DNA from: Sphingomonadaceae bacterium
Lineage (GTDB): Bacteria > Pseudomonadota > Alphaproteobacteria > Sphingomonadales > Sphingomonadaceae
Assembly (NCBI GenBank): GCA_039808025.1
Contig: JBDHSK010000009.1
Span: 82,176 to 146,175, forward strand
DNA length: 64,000 bases
Reading direction: 5' to 3'
Every line of letters begins with the position of its first letter. Position 1 is the stretch's first letter. The notes beneath the pieces were generated by a model, which ran no database searches, was not told the DNA's origin, and was given only the letters and a program-made list of their open reading frames with translations. A program made the translations under genes and the position numbers. This document shows positions 8,770-18,393 of this stretch, piece after piece.

Positions 8770-10343
8770 GCTATGATTGCGTCATCATCGGTAGTGGTTT
8801 TGGTGGATCGGTCAGCGCCTGCCGTCTCGCTACGGCCGGGCGCAAGGTACTGGTGCTCGAACGCGGACGCCGCTGGGCTCCGGAGGACTACCCACGCGAC
8901 GTCGGTGATGCCTGGATCTGGGACGCGGATGAACCGGAAGAGCAGAATGGCTGGATCGACCTACGCATCATGGACCAGATGTGGGTGGCGCAAGGGGCTG
9001 GCGTTGGCGGTGGATCGCTTATTTATGCCAATATCTCGATTGATGCGCCCCGCGCCGTGCTTGCCAACGGCTGGCCCGCCGAGATCAATGCCGACAGCCT
9101 GGCTTGCTATTATGATCGCGTTGCAAGGATGCTGGGCTCGGCGCCCTTGCCAGACACCCAGCTGACCCCGCGCTTCAGGCTGATGCGCGACGCGGCCGAG
9201 AGCATCGGCGCAGGCGACCGGTTCCGCAAGGTTGATCTGGCCGTGACCTTCGGCAAGGCCTGGCGCCCTGATCTGCCCGACGCCACCAACGCGCGCCATT
9301 CGCAGTACTGGACCAATCCGCAGGGGCGAACCCAGGGCACCTGCATCCACTGCGGCAACTGCGATATCGGCTGCGAGGTACAGGCGAAGAACACGCTTGA
9401 CCTCAACTACCTGGCAGCGGCCGAGTCGTCTGGCGCCGTCATCCAGCCGCTGTCGCTTGTCACGCACCTGTCCGACCTTGGTGACCGCTGGCGTGTGCAC
9501 TATGACCTGCTGGTCGATCGCCGACGCGAGTCGCGTGCGATCGATGCCAGGCAGGTGATCCTGGCGGCCGGCTCGCTGGGCTCGACCGAGATTTTGCTGC
9601 GCTCCCGTGATGAATATCGTTCGATCGGCAATCTGCCCCATGCACTTGGCTTTGGCTGGAGTTCGAACGGTGATTTCCTGACTCCTGCTTTCTACGAGGA
9701 TCGCGCCATTGATCCCACAGTGGGGCCGACGATCACCTGCGCCATCGATTTCCTGGACGGTGTCGAGCGGGGGCGGTTTTTTGTCGAGGATGGCGGCTTT
9801 CCCAATGTCATCGCCAATTTCGTCAGGGAGCGGCTGCATCACAAGAGTGTGGGGTGGGGAGAGCGCCGGTTGCTGAAAGCGCTGGGACAGACCCTGGGCA
9901 GACGTCCGCTGGCCAACATGATGCTGTGGTTCGGCCAGGCGATCGATGGTGGCGACGGGCAGCTTTACCTTGGCCGCAGCCTGATCAGGCCCTGGCGCCG
10001 CAAGCTGCGGCTCGACTGGAACCCGCGCCGGTCGGAACCAGGTGTGGGTGGGCTGGCCGCTATGCATGAGAAACTGTCCCGCGCGACCGGTGGCACGCCG
10101 ATGGTGCCAGCCAGCTGGAAGGTTTTCCGCAATCTGGTGACCCCGCATCCGCTGGGCGGCTGCAACATGTCTACCGCACCGGCCACCGGCGTGGTTGACC
10201 ACACCGGCGCCGTATTCGGGCATCGCGGGCTTTACGTGCTCGACGGCTCAATCGTGCCGCGGCCCATCGGGCTAAACCCCTCGAAGACGATCGCCGCCCT
10301 GGCGGAACGCGCAACCGATATCATGCTGTCCCGCGTTAGCTGA
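8766..10343 (+). CDS. GMC-family FAD oxidoreductase (cholesterol-oxidase-like)
   Basis: ATG 8766 overlaps the preceding TGA. Contains N-terminal FAD Rossmann motif DCVIIGSGFGGSVSACRLA and C-terminal HPLGGCNM typical of GMC enzymes. Confidence 0.8.
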   Translation: MSYDCVIIGSGFGGSVSACRLATAGRKVLVLERGRRWAPEDYPRDVGDAWIWDADEPEEQNGWIDLRIMDQMWVAQGAGVGGGSLIYANISIDAPRAVLANGWPAEINADSLACYYDRVARMLGSAPLPDTQLTPRFRLMRDAAESIGAGDRFRKVDLAVTFGKAWRPDLPDATNARHSQYWTNPQGRTQGTCIHCGNCDIGCEVQAKNTLDLNYLAAAESSGAVIQPLSLVTHLSDLGDRWRVHYDLLVDRRRESRAIDARQVILAAGSLGSTEILLRSRDEYRSIGNLPHALGFGWSSNGDFLTPAFYEDRAIDPTVGPTITCAIDFLDGVERGRFFVEDGGFPNVIANFVRERLHHKSVGWGERRLLKALGQTLGRRPLANMMLWFGQAIDGGDGQLYLGRSLIRPWRRKLRLDWNPRRSEPGVGGLAAMHEKLSRATGGTPMVPASWKVFRNLVTPHPLGGCNMSTAPATGVVDHTGAVFGHRGLYVLDGSIVPRPIGLNPSKTIAALAERATDIMLSRVS

Positions 10344-10513
10344 AGGGGCCGCTGATTGTCTGGTATCCTGTTACCGGGCAATCACCAGATCATTGCCGAT
10401 TGTGTGCGCAATTCCGAGAAGCCGGGCGCGGGCAGTATGCGGGACACGCTTGCCCATTGGGTGTCGACGGTGGAAGGTCTGGACGCCGGGGAAGCGCTGA
10501 TGAAGGGTAACAG

Positions 10514-11458
10514 ATGAAGGGTATCGGTGCGCAAGCGGAGGATATCAGGACCGCCGGGATGCGACAGATCACCGGTGGCGTGTTCTGGATGGGCGCTGAT
10601 GACGGTTATCCAGAGGAAGCGCCGGTGCGGCGTGTTTCCATCAACCCCTTCTGGCTTGATGAAGCGCCTGTCACCAACCGCGAGTTCGCGGCATTCGTGA
10701 TGGCGACCGGCCATGTGACGCTGGCCGAAACCGCCCCAACGGCAAGTGATTTTCCGCACGCGGACCCCGCGATGTTGCGCGCCGGTTCGTTGGTGTTCAT
10801 CCAGCCGCGCCAGCCAGTGTCGCTGGATGACGCTGGGCGGTGGTGGCAGTTCGTCTTCGGTGCCGATTGGCGGCATCCCGAAGGACCGGAAAGCACAATA
10901 GAAGGCCTGATGGACCATCCTGTGGTTCACGTCGCCTGGGCTGATGCCGAAGCCTATGCGCGATGGGCAGGCAAACGGCTGCCCACGGAAGCAGAATGGG
11001 AATTCGCCGCGCGAGGCAACCTTGATCGCGCCACTTATGCCTGGGGAGACGCGCTGGCCCCGGCTGGGCGCTATCTTGCCAACTATTGGCGCGGAGAGTT
11101 TCCATGGCGCCGACAGCAGGGAGATTTCCGCAGGACTAGCCCCGTGCGCAGCTTCGCGGCCAATTCCTTCGGCCTGTTCGACATGATCGGCAATGTGTGG
11201 GAGTGGACAGCAGACTGGTATGCAGATGGCCGGGTGCTGGCAGCGGGACGAAGTTGCTGCATTCCGGCAAATCCGCGTGGCGGAAGCCGACAGGCGAGCC
11301 TTGATCCGGAATCGGGCTTTGAGCGGCGCGTTCTGAAAGGGGGATCACACCTGTGCGCTGAAAACTACTGTCGGCGTTATCGACCGGCAGCCCGCTATGC
11401 GCAGACGGTCGATACCTCGACCAGCCACATCGGTTTCCGCTGTGCGCGGGATGGCTAG
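10514..11458 (+). CDS. Formylglycine-generating enzyme (SUMF1/FGE) family protein
   Basis: Contains FWMG, PVTNREFAAFV, HPVVHVAWADAEAYARWAGKRLPTEAEWEFAARG, GNVWEWTADWY and GGSHLC. The start may instead be Met16 (10559). Confidence 0.85.
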   Translation: MKGIGAQAEDIRTAGMRQITGGVFWMGADDGYPEEAPVRRVSINPFWLDEAPVTNREFAAFVMATGHVTLAETAPTASDFPHADPAMLRAGSLVFIQPRQPVSLDDAGRWWQFVFGADWRHPEGPESTIEGLMDHPVVHVAWADAEAYARWAGKRLPTEAEWEFAARGNLDRATYAWGDALAPAGRYLANYWRGEFPWRRQQGDFRRTSPVRSFAANSFGLFDMIGNVWEWTADWYADGRVLAAGRSCCIPANPRGGSRQASLDPESGFERRVLKGGSHLCAENYCRRYRPAARYAQTVDTSTSHIGFRCARDG

Positions 11459-11619
11459 GGTTATAACCCATGTGTTTGCAGTGACGACTGCCATTCCGAC
11501 TCGTGGTGAGGAACACCTGTTTAATTTGGCTTTTACTCGCGCGCGATAGGTTGCATTTTACCAGAATCTAACCGGTTTCCGACTTACTTGACGATATCCG
11601 TGGTTTGCAGGAATATCAG

Positions 11620-11838
11620 ATGGCGAAGCGCAGCATCAAAGATGAGGAGATGGGCGGCGTAACCAAGGCTGACCAGATCTGCCATCTCGCCGCCGAAGGA
11701 CTGTCCGTTTCGGACATCGCGGCGCAGGTCGGCATTCGATACCAGCACGCATACAATGTGTTGAAGCGAAGCGGGACGGTTGCCGCGCCACGTCCAGCGA
11801 AGGCCCCAATCGCCAGCAAGCCGTCGCTTGACGTGTAG
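11620..11838 (+). CDS. Small helix-turn-helix protein
   Basis: MAKRSIKDEE...LSVSDIAAQVGIRYQHAYNVLKRSG is an HTH-like segment. Ends at TAG 11836-11838, in the same frame as the next ORF. Confidence 0.5.
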   Translation: MAKRSIKDEEMGGVTKADQICHLAAEGLSVSDIAAQVGIRYQHAYNVLKRSGTVAAPRPAKAPIASKPSLDV

Positions 11839-11841
11839 ACG

Positions 11842-12222
11842 TTGCTCGACGCGGGATTTTATCGCGCATCGGAATGGAGCCTAGCCGACGCTGGGTTGCT
11901 GGTTCTCACCGAGGCGCTGCCCAAGGGCGTAGGGGTCTATGCGTTCGCAAGGGACGGGACCGTTCTGTATGTGGGCGTGGCGACGATGGGGCTGGCAAAG
12001 CGGGTATCCTTCTACGCCAAGCCGGGCGTGTCTCAGCGGACAAGCCTTCGGCTCAACGACACCATCCGCCGCGAGCTTCAAGCCGCCGCGCGGATTGAGG
12101 TGTTGATCGCCCAGCCAGACGACATGGAGTGGAACGGCCTCCCTGTGCATGGGGCGGCGGGCTTGGAGCTGGGGCTGATAAAAGCCTACGCGCTGCCGTG
12201 GAACAAGAGGAGCGCCGGATAG
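11842..12222 (+). CDS. GIY-YIG nuclease-domain protein
   Basis: GVYAFARDGTVLYVG (GIY..YIG-type motif) followed by the R...E core. The only start is TTG 11842, 3 nt after the in-frame TAG of the HTH ORF. Confidence 0.55.
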   Translation: MLDAGFYRASEWSLADAGLLVLTEALPKGVGVYAFARDGTVLYVGVATMGLAKRVSFYAKPGVSQRTSLRLNDTIRRELQAAARIEVLIAQPDDMEWNGLPVHGAAGLELGLIKAYALPWNKRSAG

Positions 12223-12227
12223 TGCCG

Positions 12228-12260
12228 CACCGTCTTAATTCCCGTCTTTCTAAGACGGTG
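12228..12260. terminator. 10-bp stem-loop between the GIY-YIG gene and tRNA-Lys (possible bidirectional terminator)
   Basis: caccgtctta (12228-12237) pairs perfectly with taagacggtg (12251-12260), leaving a 13-nt loop. No U-tract on either strand. Confidence 0.35.
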
Positions 12261-12295
12261 GCCCCGGAGGGAGTGGGCTAACCTATTGGAAAGTT

Positions 12296-12371
<76 letters not shown>

Positions 12372-12452
12372 ATACCGGGTATCGGGGGAAGCCCCCGCTG
12401 GAAGGCGCGGCGTTAGCAGGCGTCTGGCGGCTTGTCTACCCCCTAACGGCAA

Positions 12453-13574
12453 TCATCCACGATTTGGCTGCCCGGTTTCGCGGTGCACGCCCATCAACAT
12501 GCCAAAGGCGATCATCACCGTCAGCATCGCGCTGCCACCATAGCTCATCAACGGGAAGGGTATGCCCACCACCGGCGCCAGGCCCATCACCATCATGGAG
12601 TTGATCAGCACATAGAAAAACATCGTCATCGACAGACCGGCCGCCAGCAGGCGGTTGAATTCCGTCTCGGCGCGCATCGCCAGGCGAATCCCCCACACCA
12701 GCACCGTGATATAAAGCCCCAGCAGCACGATGCCGCCGGCCAGCCCCCATTCTTCGGCCATGGTGGCGAAAATGAAATCGGTCTGTGGTTCGGGCAGATA
12801 ATCGAGATGGCTTTGCGAACCCTGCCCGAACCCCTTGCCGAACAACCCGCCCGAGCCAATGGCGATCTTCGACTGGGTGATGTGATAGCCGGCGCCCAGC
12901 GGGTCGGCCTCGGGGTCGAGGAAGATCAGCACCCGCTTTTTCTGGTAATCGTGCAGCAGGTTGAACAGGAAAGGCAGCGCCGCCAGGCCCGAAAGGCCGG
13001 GGATCAGCAGCCACTTCAGCGGCAAACCACCCAGAAACATCAGGGTGAGGCCGCCGGCGACGATCATGGTGGCGGTGCCCAGATCGGGTTGCAGCAGCAC
13101 CAATGCGGCAGGCACGAAAATTAGGGCAAGTGGCGGCCAGATTCCGGCCAGCCGTTCCGAATAGCCGCGTGGCAGATAATGATAAAAATGCGCCAGAACC
13201 AATATGATGGCGATCTTCATGAACTCAGATGGCTGCAGGCGCGTGAACCCGAGGTCGAGCCAGCGCTGAGACCCCCCCGAAATCGCCCCCAGCGCCTCGA
13301 CGCTGATAAGTGCCACCAGCACGATCAGGTAGAAAGGCCAGGCAATCTTGCGCCAGAACCGGGTGGGCACCTGTGAAAGCGCCAGCGCCATGCCCAGAAA
13401 GACCAGAAAGCGGATAAGGTGGTTGGTGGCCCATGGCTGCATATGCCGCCCGGCAGCGGAATACAGAACCACAACCCCGAACCCGCCGATTGCCATGATG
13501 GCAAGGATGATGAGCCAGGGCAGCCGCACCAGCCGTTGCGGCCAATGGGCATTGAGGAGACCGGCAAAGTTCAT
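12453..13574 (-). CDS. rodA: Rod-shape-determining protein RodA (SEDS family)
   Basis: About 10 TM helices and an FtsW/RodA/SpoVE-like sequence (SQRWLDLG, QPSEFMK, GSGGLFGKG). Last gene of the mre operon. Overlaps mrdA by 4 nt. Confidence 0.9.
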   Translation of the reverse strand: MNFAGLLNAHWPQRLVRLPWLIILAIMAIGGFGVVVLYSAAGRHMQPWATNHLIRFLVFLGMALALSQVPTRFWRKIAWPFYLIVLVALISVEALGAISGGSQRWLDLGFTRLQPSEFMKIAIILVLAHFYHYLPRGYSERLAGIWPPLALIFVPAALVLLQPDLGTATMIVAGGLTLMFLGGLPLKWLLIPGLSGLAALPFLFNLLHDYQKKRVLIFLDPEADPLGAGYHITQSKIAIGSGGLFGKGFGQGSQSHLDYLPEPQTDFIFATMAEEWGLAGGIVLLGLYITVLVWGIRLAMRAETEFNRLLAAGLSMTMFFYVLINSMMVMGLAPVVGIPFPLMSYGGSAMLTVMIAFGMLMGVHRETGQPNRG

Positions 13575-15526
13575 GGGGCAGGCGTCGTGGCCGTGGTGGA
13601 TGCAGGTGCCGGTGTGGCCGGGGTGGCGCCGGCGGCGGTTGTGGCAGAGGCAGCGGCTGCTGCTGCCGCCGCCTCGGCGGCGCGTCGGGCTTCCTCGGCG
13701 GCGCGGGCGCGGCTTTCAAGGATGGCGTCCAGGCGTTTTTCCGCCTGCTCGCGGTCGTAGATCCAGGTCATCACGTCTTTGGCGATGGGTGCTGCGGCTT
13801 TCGAACCTCCGATGCCGTGTTCGACGATGACGCTGATGGCATAGCGCGGGTTGTCGACCGGTGCGAAGGCGATGAACAGCGCATGGTCGCGGAATTTCCA
13901 TGGCACTCCGGCGCCGCCGCGAAAGCCGGCCGAAATGCGCCGCACCTGGGCGGTTCCGGTTTTGCCGCCCATGCGGATGCCGGGAACCCGCAGTGCCGAA
14001 GCGCGCGCCGTTCCACCGGGGCCATTAACCACATCATCCATGCCTTGACGCACCACCTCGAGAAAGTCGGGCGGGATATCGAGCGGGGCAAAGGGTTTCT
14101 GCGGGGTGTCGGCCAGCATGCGCGGCTGCACGATGCGCCCGGTGGCGATCCGCGCTGTCATGACGGCAAGTTGCAACGGGTTGACGATGACATAGCCCTG
14201 ACCGATCGCCATGTTGAGGGTGTCGGCCTCCAGCCAGTTCTGGTCGTAGCGTTTCTTCTTCCAGGCCGGATCGGGGATGATACCGGCGCGCTGGACCGGC
14301 ATGGGAATGTCGAACTTGTGCTCAAGCCCCAGTTTCCGGGCCATGTCGGCCACTTCCTGGGCGCCGACCCGCCGCGCCATGGTGTAGAAATAAACGTTGC
14401 AGCTTTTGGCGATCCCTGAGCGCATGGCCACGGTGCCGTGGCCCGACCGCTTGTGACAATGCCAGACATTACGACCCAGCCGATAGGCGCCTGAACAATG
14501 CACCTGATCGGTGGGTAGCACACCGCCATGCAGGGCAGCGAGGGCCGTGACCGGCTTGAAGGTAGATCCGGGGACGTATAGACCCTGCAGGGATTTGTTG
14601 AGCAGCGGCTTGCGCTCATCGGCCTGCAGCTCTTTCCACAAGGCCGAAGGGATGCGGTTGGAAAAGACATTGGGGTCGAATGCCGGCATCGAAAGCAGGC
14701 ACTTGACGTCGCCGGTCACCACGTCGATCACCACTACCGAGCAGCTCTCGTTTCCCACTCTTGCGGCCGTGAACGCCTGAAGCCCGCGATCGATGGTGAG
14801 CCGAACGGTCTGCCCCTGTACATCGGGGCGGGTGTCGAGCTCTCGGATGATGCGGCCGCGGGCATTGACTTCGACGCGACGGGCGCCGGGCTGGCCGCGC
14901 AGCGTTTCCTCCTTGGATTTTTCCACACCGTCCTTGCCCAGCCGGAAGCCAGCCAGCATGTACAAGGGGTTGCGGGTTTCTTTATATTGTTCAGCAGTTG
15001 GCGGGCCGACATAGCCGGCGAGATGAGCGAAGGCTTCGCCATCGGGATAGTGGCGGACATAGGTTTTCAGCGGCTGCAACCCGGCCATGTCCGACAGTTC
15101 GAGATTAAGGGCAGCATAAGCATCCCAGCCGATATCGTCGGCGATGGCAAGGGTGCCGGCATGGGGCAGGGTGGCGGCGGCTTCGATGATGCGGGCGCGT
15201 TCGGCCGGGTCAATCTCGATGATGCGGCCCACCTTGTCGAGCGCTTCCTCGAGGTCGCCAGCCAGCGATGGGGTGATCTCTACGGAATAGGCGGGGCGGT
15301 TGGTGGCAATGGGTTCGCCCTTGATGTCGGCAATCAGGCCCCGGCGGGGGGGGATGAGGTGCAGCGATATGCGGTTGCTTTCCGCCTTGGAGGCATATCG
15401 ATCTCCCTGGGCGATGGCCAGCCAGCCCATGCGCCCGGCCAGAGCCAGCCCGGCCCCGACCTGCACGGCGCCCAGAAAGAACGCCCGGCGGGCGAACTGG
15501 GGGCGGGTGTGGCCATCGTCGGCCAT
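13571..15526 (-). CDS. mrdA: Penicillin-binding protein 2 (transpeptidase)
   Basis: PBP dimerisation and transpeptidase domains with STFK, SGH(=SxN-like) and KTGT motifs. Has an Ala-rich C-terminal tail. Confidence 0.9.
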   Translation of the reverse strand: MADDGHTRPQFARRAFFLGAVQVGAGLALAGRMGWLAIAQGDRYASKAESNRISLHLIPPRRGLIADIKGEPIATNRPAYSVEITPSLAGDLEEALDKVGRIIEIDPAERARIIEAAATLPHAGTLAIADDIGWDAYAALNLELSDMAGLQPLKTYVRHYPDGEAFAHLAGYVGPPTAEQYKETRNPLYMLAGFRLGKDGVEKSKEETLRGQPGARRVEVNARGRIIRELDTRPDVQGQTVRLTIDRGLQAFTAARVGNESCSVVVIDVVTGDVKCLLSMPAFDPNVFSNRIPSALWKELQADERKPLLNKSLQGLYVPGSTFKPVTALAALHGGVLPTDQVHCSGAYRLGRNVWHCHKRSGHGTVAMRSGIAKSCNVYFYTMARRVGAQEVADMARKLGLEHKFDIPMPVQRAGIIPDPAWKKKRYDQNWLEADTLNMAIGQGYVIVNPLQLAVMTARIATGRIVQPRMLADTPQKPFAPLDIPPDFLEVVRQGMDDVVNGPGGTARASALRVPGIRMGGKTGTAQVRRISAGFRGGAGVPWKFRDHALFIAFAPVDNPRYAISVIVEHGIGGSKAAAPIAKDVMTWIYDREQAEKRLDAILESRARAAEEARRAAEAAAAAAAASATTAAGATPATPAPASTTATTPAP

Positions 15527-15527
15527 G

Positions 15528-16040
15528 TCAGACCTCGAGGAACCGGCGGCGCAGGCGAACGGCGAGGCGCACGACCAGCGGCCATGCGAGGATGGTTAGC
15601 GCGGCCTGCGCCATGATTGGGCCAAGCGGCGCCGGCTGACCGGTGAAGGCCAGCATCTGCCAGCCCAGCAGGTTGGCGACTGCAACGATACTGGCTGCGA
15701 ACGCCCAGTCGGTTGCCAGATGGCGGGCCTCGGTGCGGGATTCTGCCATGCGCACGGCCACCACAGCGGCGGGCAGCAGAAAGGCGTTGATTCCCAGTGG
15801 CACGCCAGTGACGAGATCGGCGATGATGCCCAACAGCAGCGCTGCATAGGCGGGAAGCAGTCGCGGAGCGAGGCTTGCCCAGACCAGACAGAGCAGCAGG
15901 GGAATCTGTGGGATCACCCCCCATGCCAGTGGCATCGGCGCCATCAGCAACAGGATGGCCAGCAGCACTGACAGCGCCGGGATGGCCGGAGCGATCCGTT
16001 CGCCGAGTGTTGGCTGAGAGCTGAGCGGGGAGGAGGTCAT
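15528..16040 (-). CDS. mreD: Rod-shape-determining protein MreD
   Basis: 170-aa polytopic membrane protein between mreC and mrdA. ATGA overlap with mreC. Confidence 0.8.
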   Translation of the reverse strand: MTSSPLSSQPTLGERIAPAIPALSVLLAILLLMAPMPLAWGVIPQIPLLLCLVWASLAPRLLPAYAALLLGIIADLVTGVPLGINAFLLPAAVVAVRMAESRTEARHLATDWAFAASIVAVANLLGWQMLAFTGQPAPLGPIMAQAALTILAWPLVVRLAVRLRRRFLEV

Positions 16041-17110
16041 GTTCTGGGGGGTGCGGTACGTGTTGTGGCAGGTGCTGCAGTCCTGGCTGCCGGGGATGGT
16101 GTGGGTGGTGCAGCAGTGGTGGTTGGCGCAGCAATGGAGGATGGGGCTGTGGCGGGAGGTGCAGCGGCGGATGGAGCCGGCGACACTGCTGACACGTCAG
16201 CCTCTGATGGAGCCGGAGGCGCTGGGACGAAGGCGGGTGGTGGCAGCCAGGGCGCTTCCACCATCACCACCCCAAGCCCGGTGGGGTTGGCAAGAGGTCG
16301 CGCACGAGGCGGCTCGTGGCCAACGTCGGTGACAACCGCAACCGGCACATTGGGCGGAAACAGGCCGCCGTCGCCACTGGTCACCAGCCGGTCACCGACG
16401 CGGATACGATCAATTCCCGAAGCGATATCGAAGGCAAATTCCAGCGTTGTGCTTCCGGTGCCGACAAGCATGCCCGTCCAGCCGGTGCGCAGCACCTTTA
16501 CCGGAACCCGGCTGTTGGCATCGGTCAGAAGCATGATCCGCGACGCATGTTGCCCGACATCGGTTACGCGCCCGGCCAGCCCTTGTGCTGCGATCACCGG
16601 CATGCGTGGCTTCACCCCATCAGACAGTCCGGCGTTGATGATGGCGCTGCGCACCCCGGCATTGCCGGCCGAGGCAGAGACCACGGCGCTGGCGACCAGT
16701 CGCCGCTCCGGGCGTCGCAGTTTCAGCAGATCTTCCAGCCGCCTGACTTCGACGGCCAGCGCTTCGGCCTTGTTGGCACGCTGGGTAGCGAGCTTCAGAT
16801 TGGCTTCCAGCGCGCGGTTCTTTTCGACGACCTGCCAGTGATCGCCGATCGCCGAACCCAGCCGCCGGATGGCTTCGAGCGGTGCATGGGTAACAGCCAG
16901 CAGCGGAGAAACAGCGTCGAGCATGGCGCCGCGCAGGCGCTCTCCCTGATCGGGGTTGATGCGGCTGAACAGCAGCAGGAACAGCGCCACCGCCAGAACC
17001 ACACCCGACAAAACGGCACCCAGCAGCGCGAGGTTGGAATCGCGGCGCGCAAAACTGGTGCGGCGGGGCTCACGTCCCCTCGAAGCGGGCGGGCGGCTCA
17101 TCTGGAGCAC
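16037..17110 (-). CDS. mreC: Rod-shape-determining protein MreC
   Basis: N-terminal TM helix, a coiled-coil segment, MreC beta-barrel region (GLAGRVTDVG..., LVTSGDGGLFP) and a Pro/Ala-rich tail. Confidence 0.85.
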   Translation of the reverse strand: MLQMSRPPASRGREPRRTSFARRDSNLALLGAVLSGVVLAVALFLLLFSRINPDQGERLRGAMLDAVSPLLAVTHAPLEAIRRLGSAIGDHWQVVEKNRALEANLKLATQRANKAEALAVEVRRLEDLLKLRRPERRLVASAVVSASAGNAGVRSAIINAGLSDGVKPRMPVIAAQGLAGRVTDVGQHASRIMLLTDANSRVPVKVLRTGWTGMLVGTGSTTLEFAFDIASGIDRIRVGDRLVTSGDGGLFPPNVPVAVVTDVGHEPPRARPLANPTGLGVVMVEAPWLPPPAFVPAPPAPSEADVSAVSPAPSAAAPPATAPSSIAAPTTTAAPPTPSPAARTAAPATTRTAPPRT

Positions 17111-17180
17111 AATGCTATGGTTTCCATGAGGTGCAAGGACTGTGATGCCCCGTCACGCCCCGTCACCAGAGTGAGCGACA

Positions 17181-18248
<1,068 letters not shown>

Positions 18249-18393
18249 TCAGGAGGAAACGATGGCTGTTGTTAGCCTCTGTTTGCCGGGCGGCATAGGG
18301 GCATGGTTACTGGCGCGCAAGCGGCATTTCCTCCGGAATGGGGTGTGGCCCCCCTTGTCGTTGCCGCCACCCCGGTGCAAGAGCCATGGCATC

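Noticed and set aside
11459-12295. The HTH/GIY-YIG patch as a bona fide integrated island at tRNA-Lys.
   Set aside because: No integrase is present, and I found no repeat of the tRNA-Lys 3' end by eye at the far boundary. It is kept only as a possible remnant (see findings).
13571-13720. Ala-rich repeat DNA at the 3' end of mrdA, and the Pro/Ala-rich 3' end of mreC (16037-16230). Considered as independent repeats or separate ORFs.
   Set aside because: They are in frame and continuous with the PBP2 and MreC genes. Low-complexity periplasmic tails are common in these proteins.
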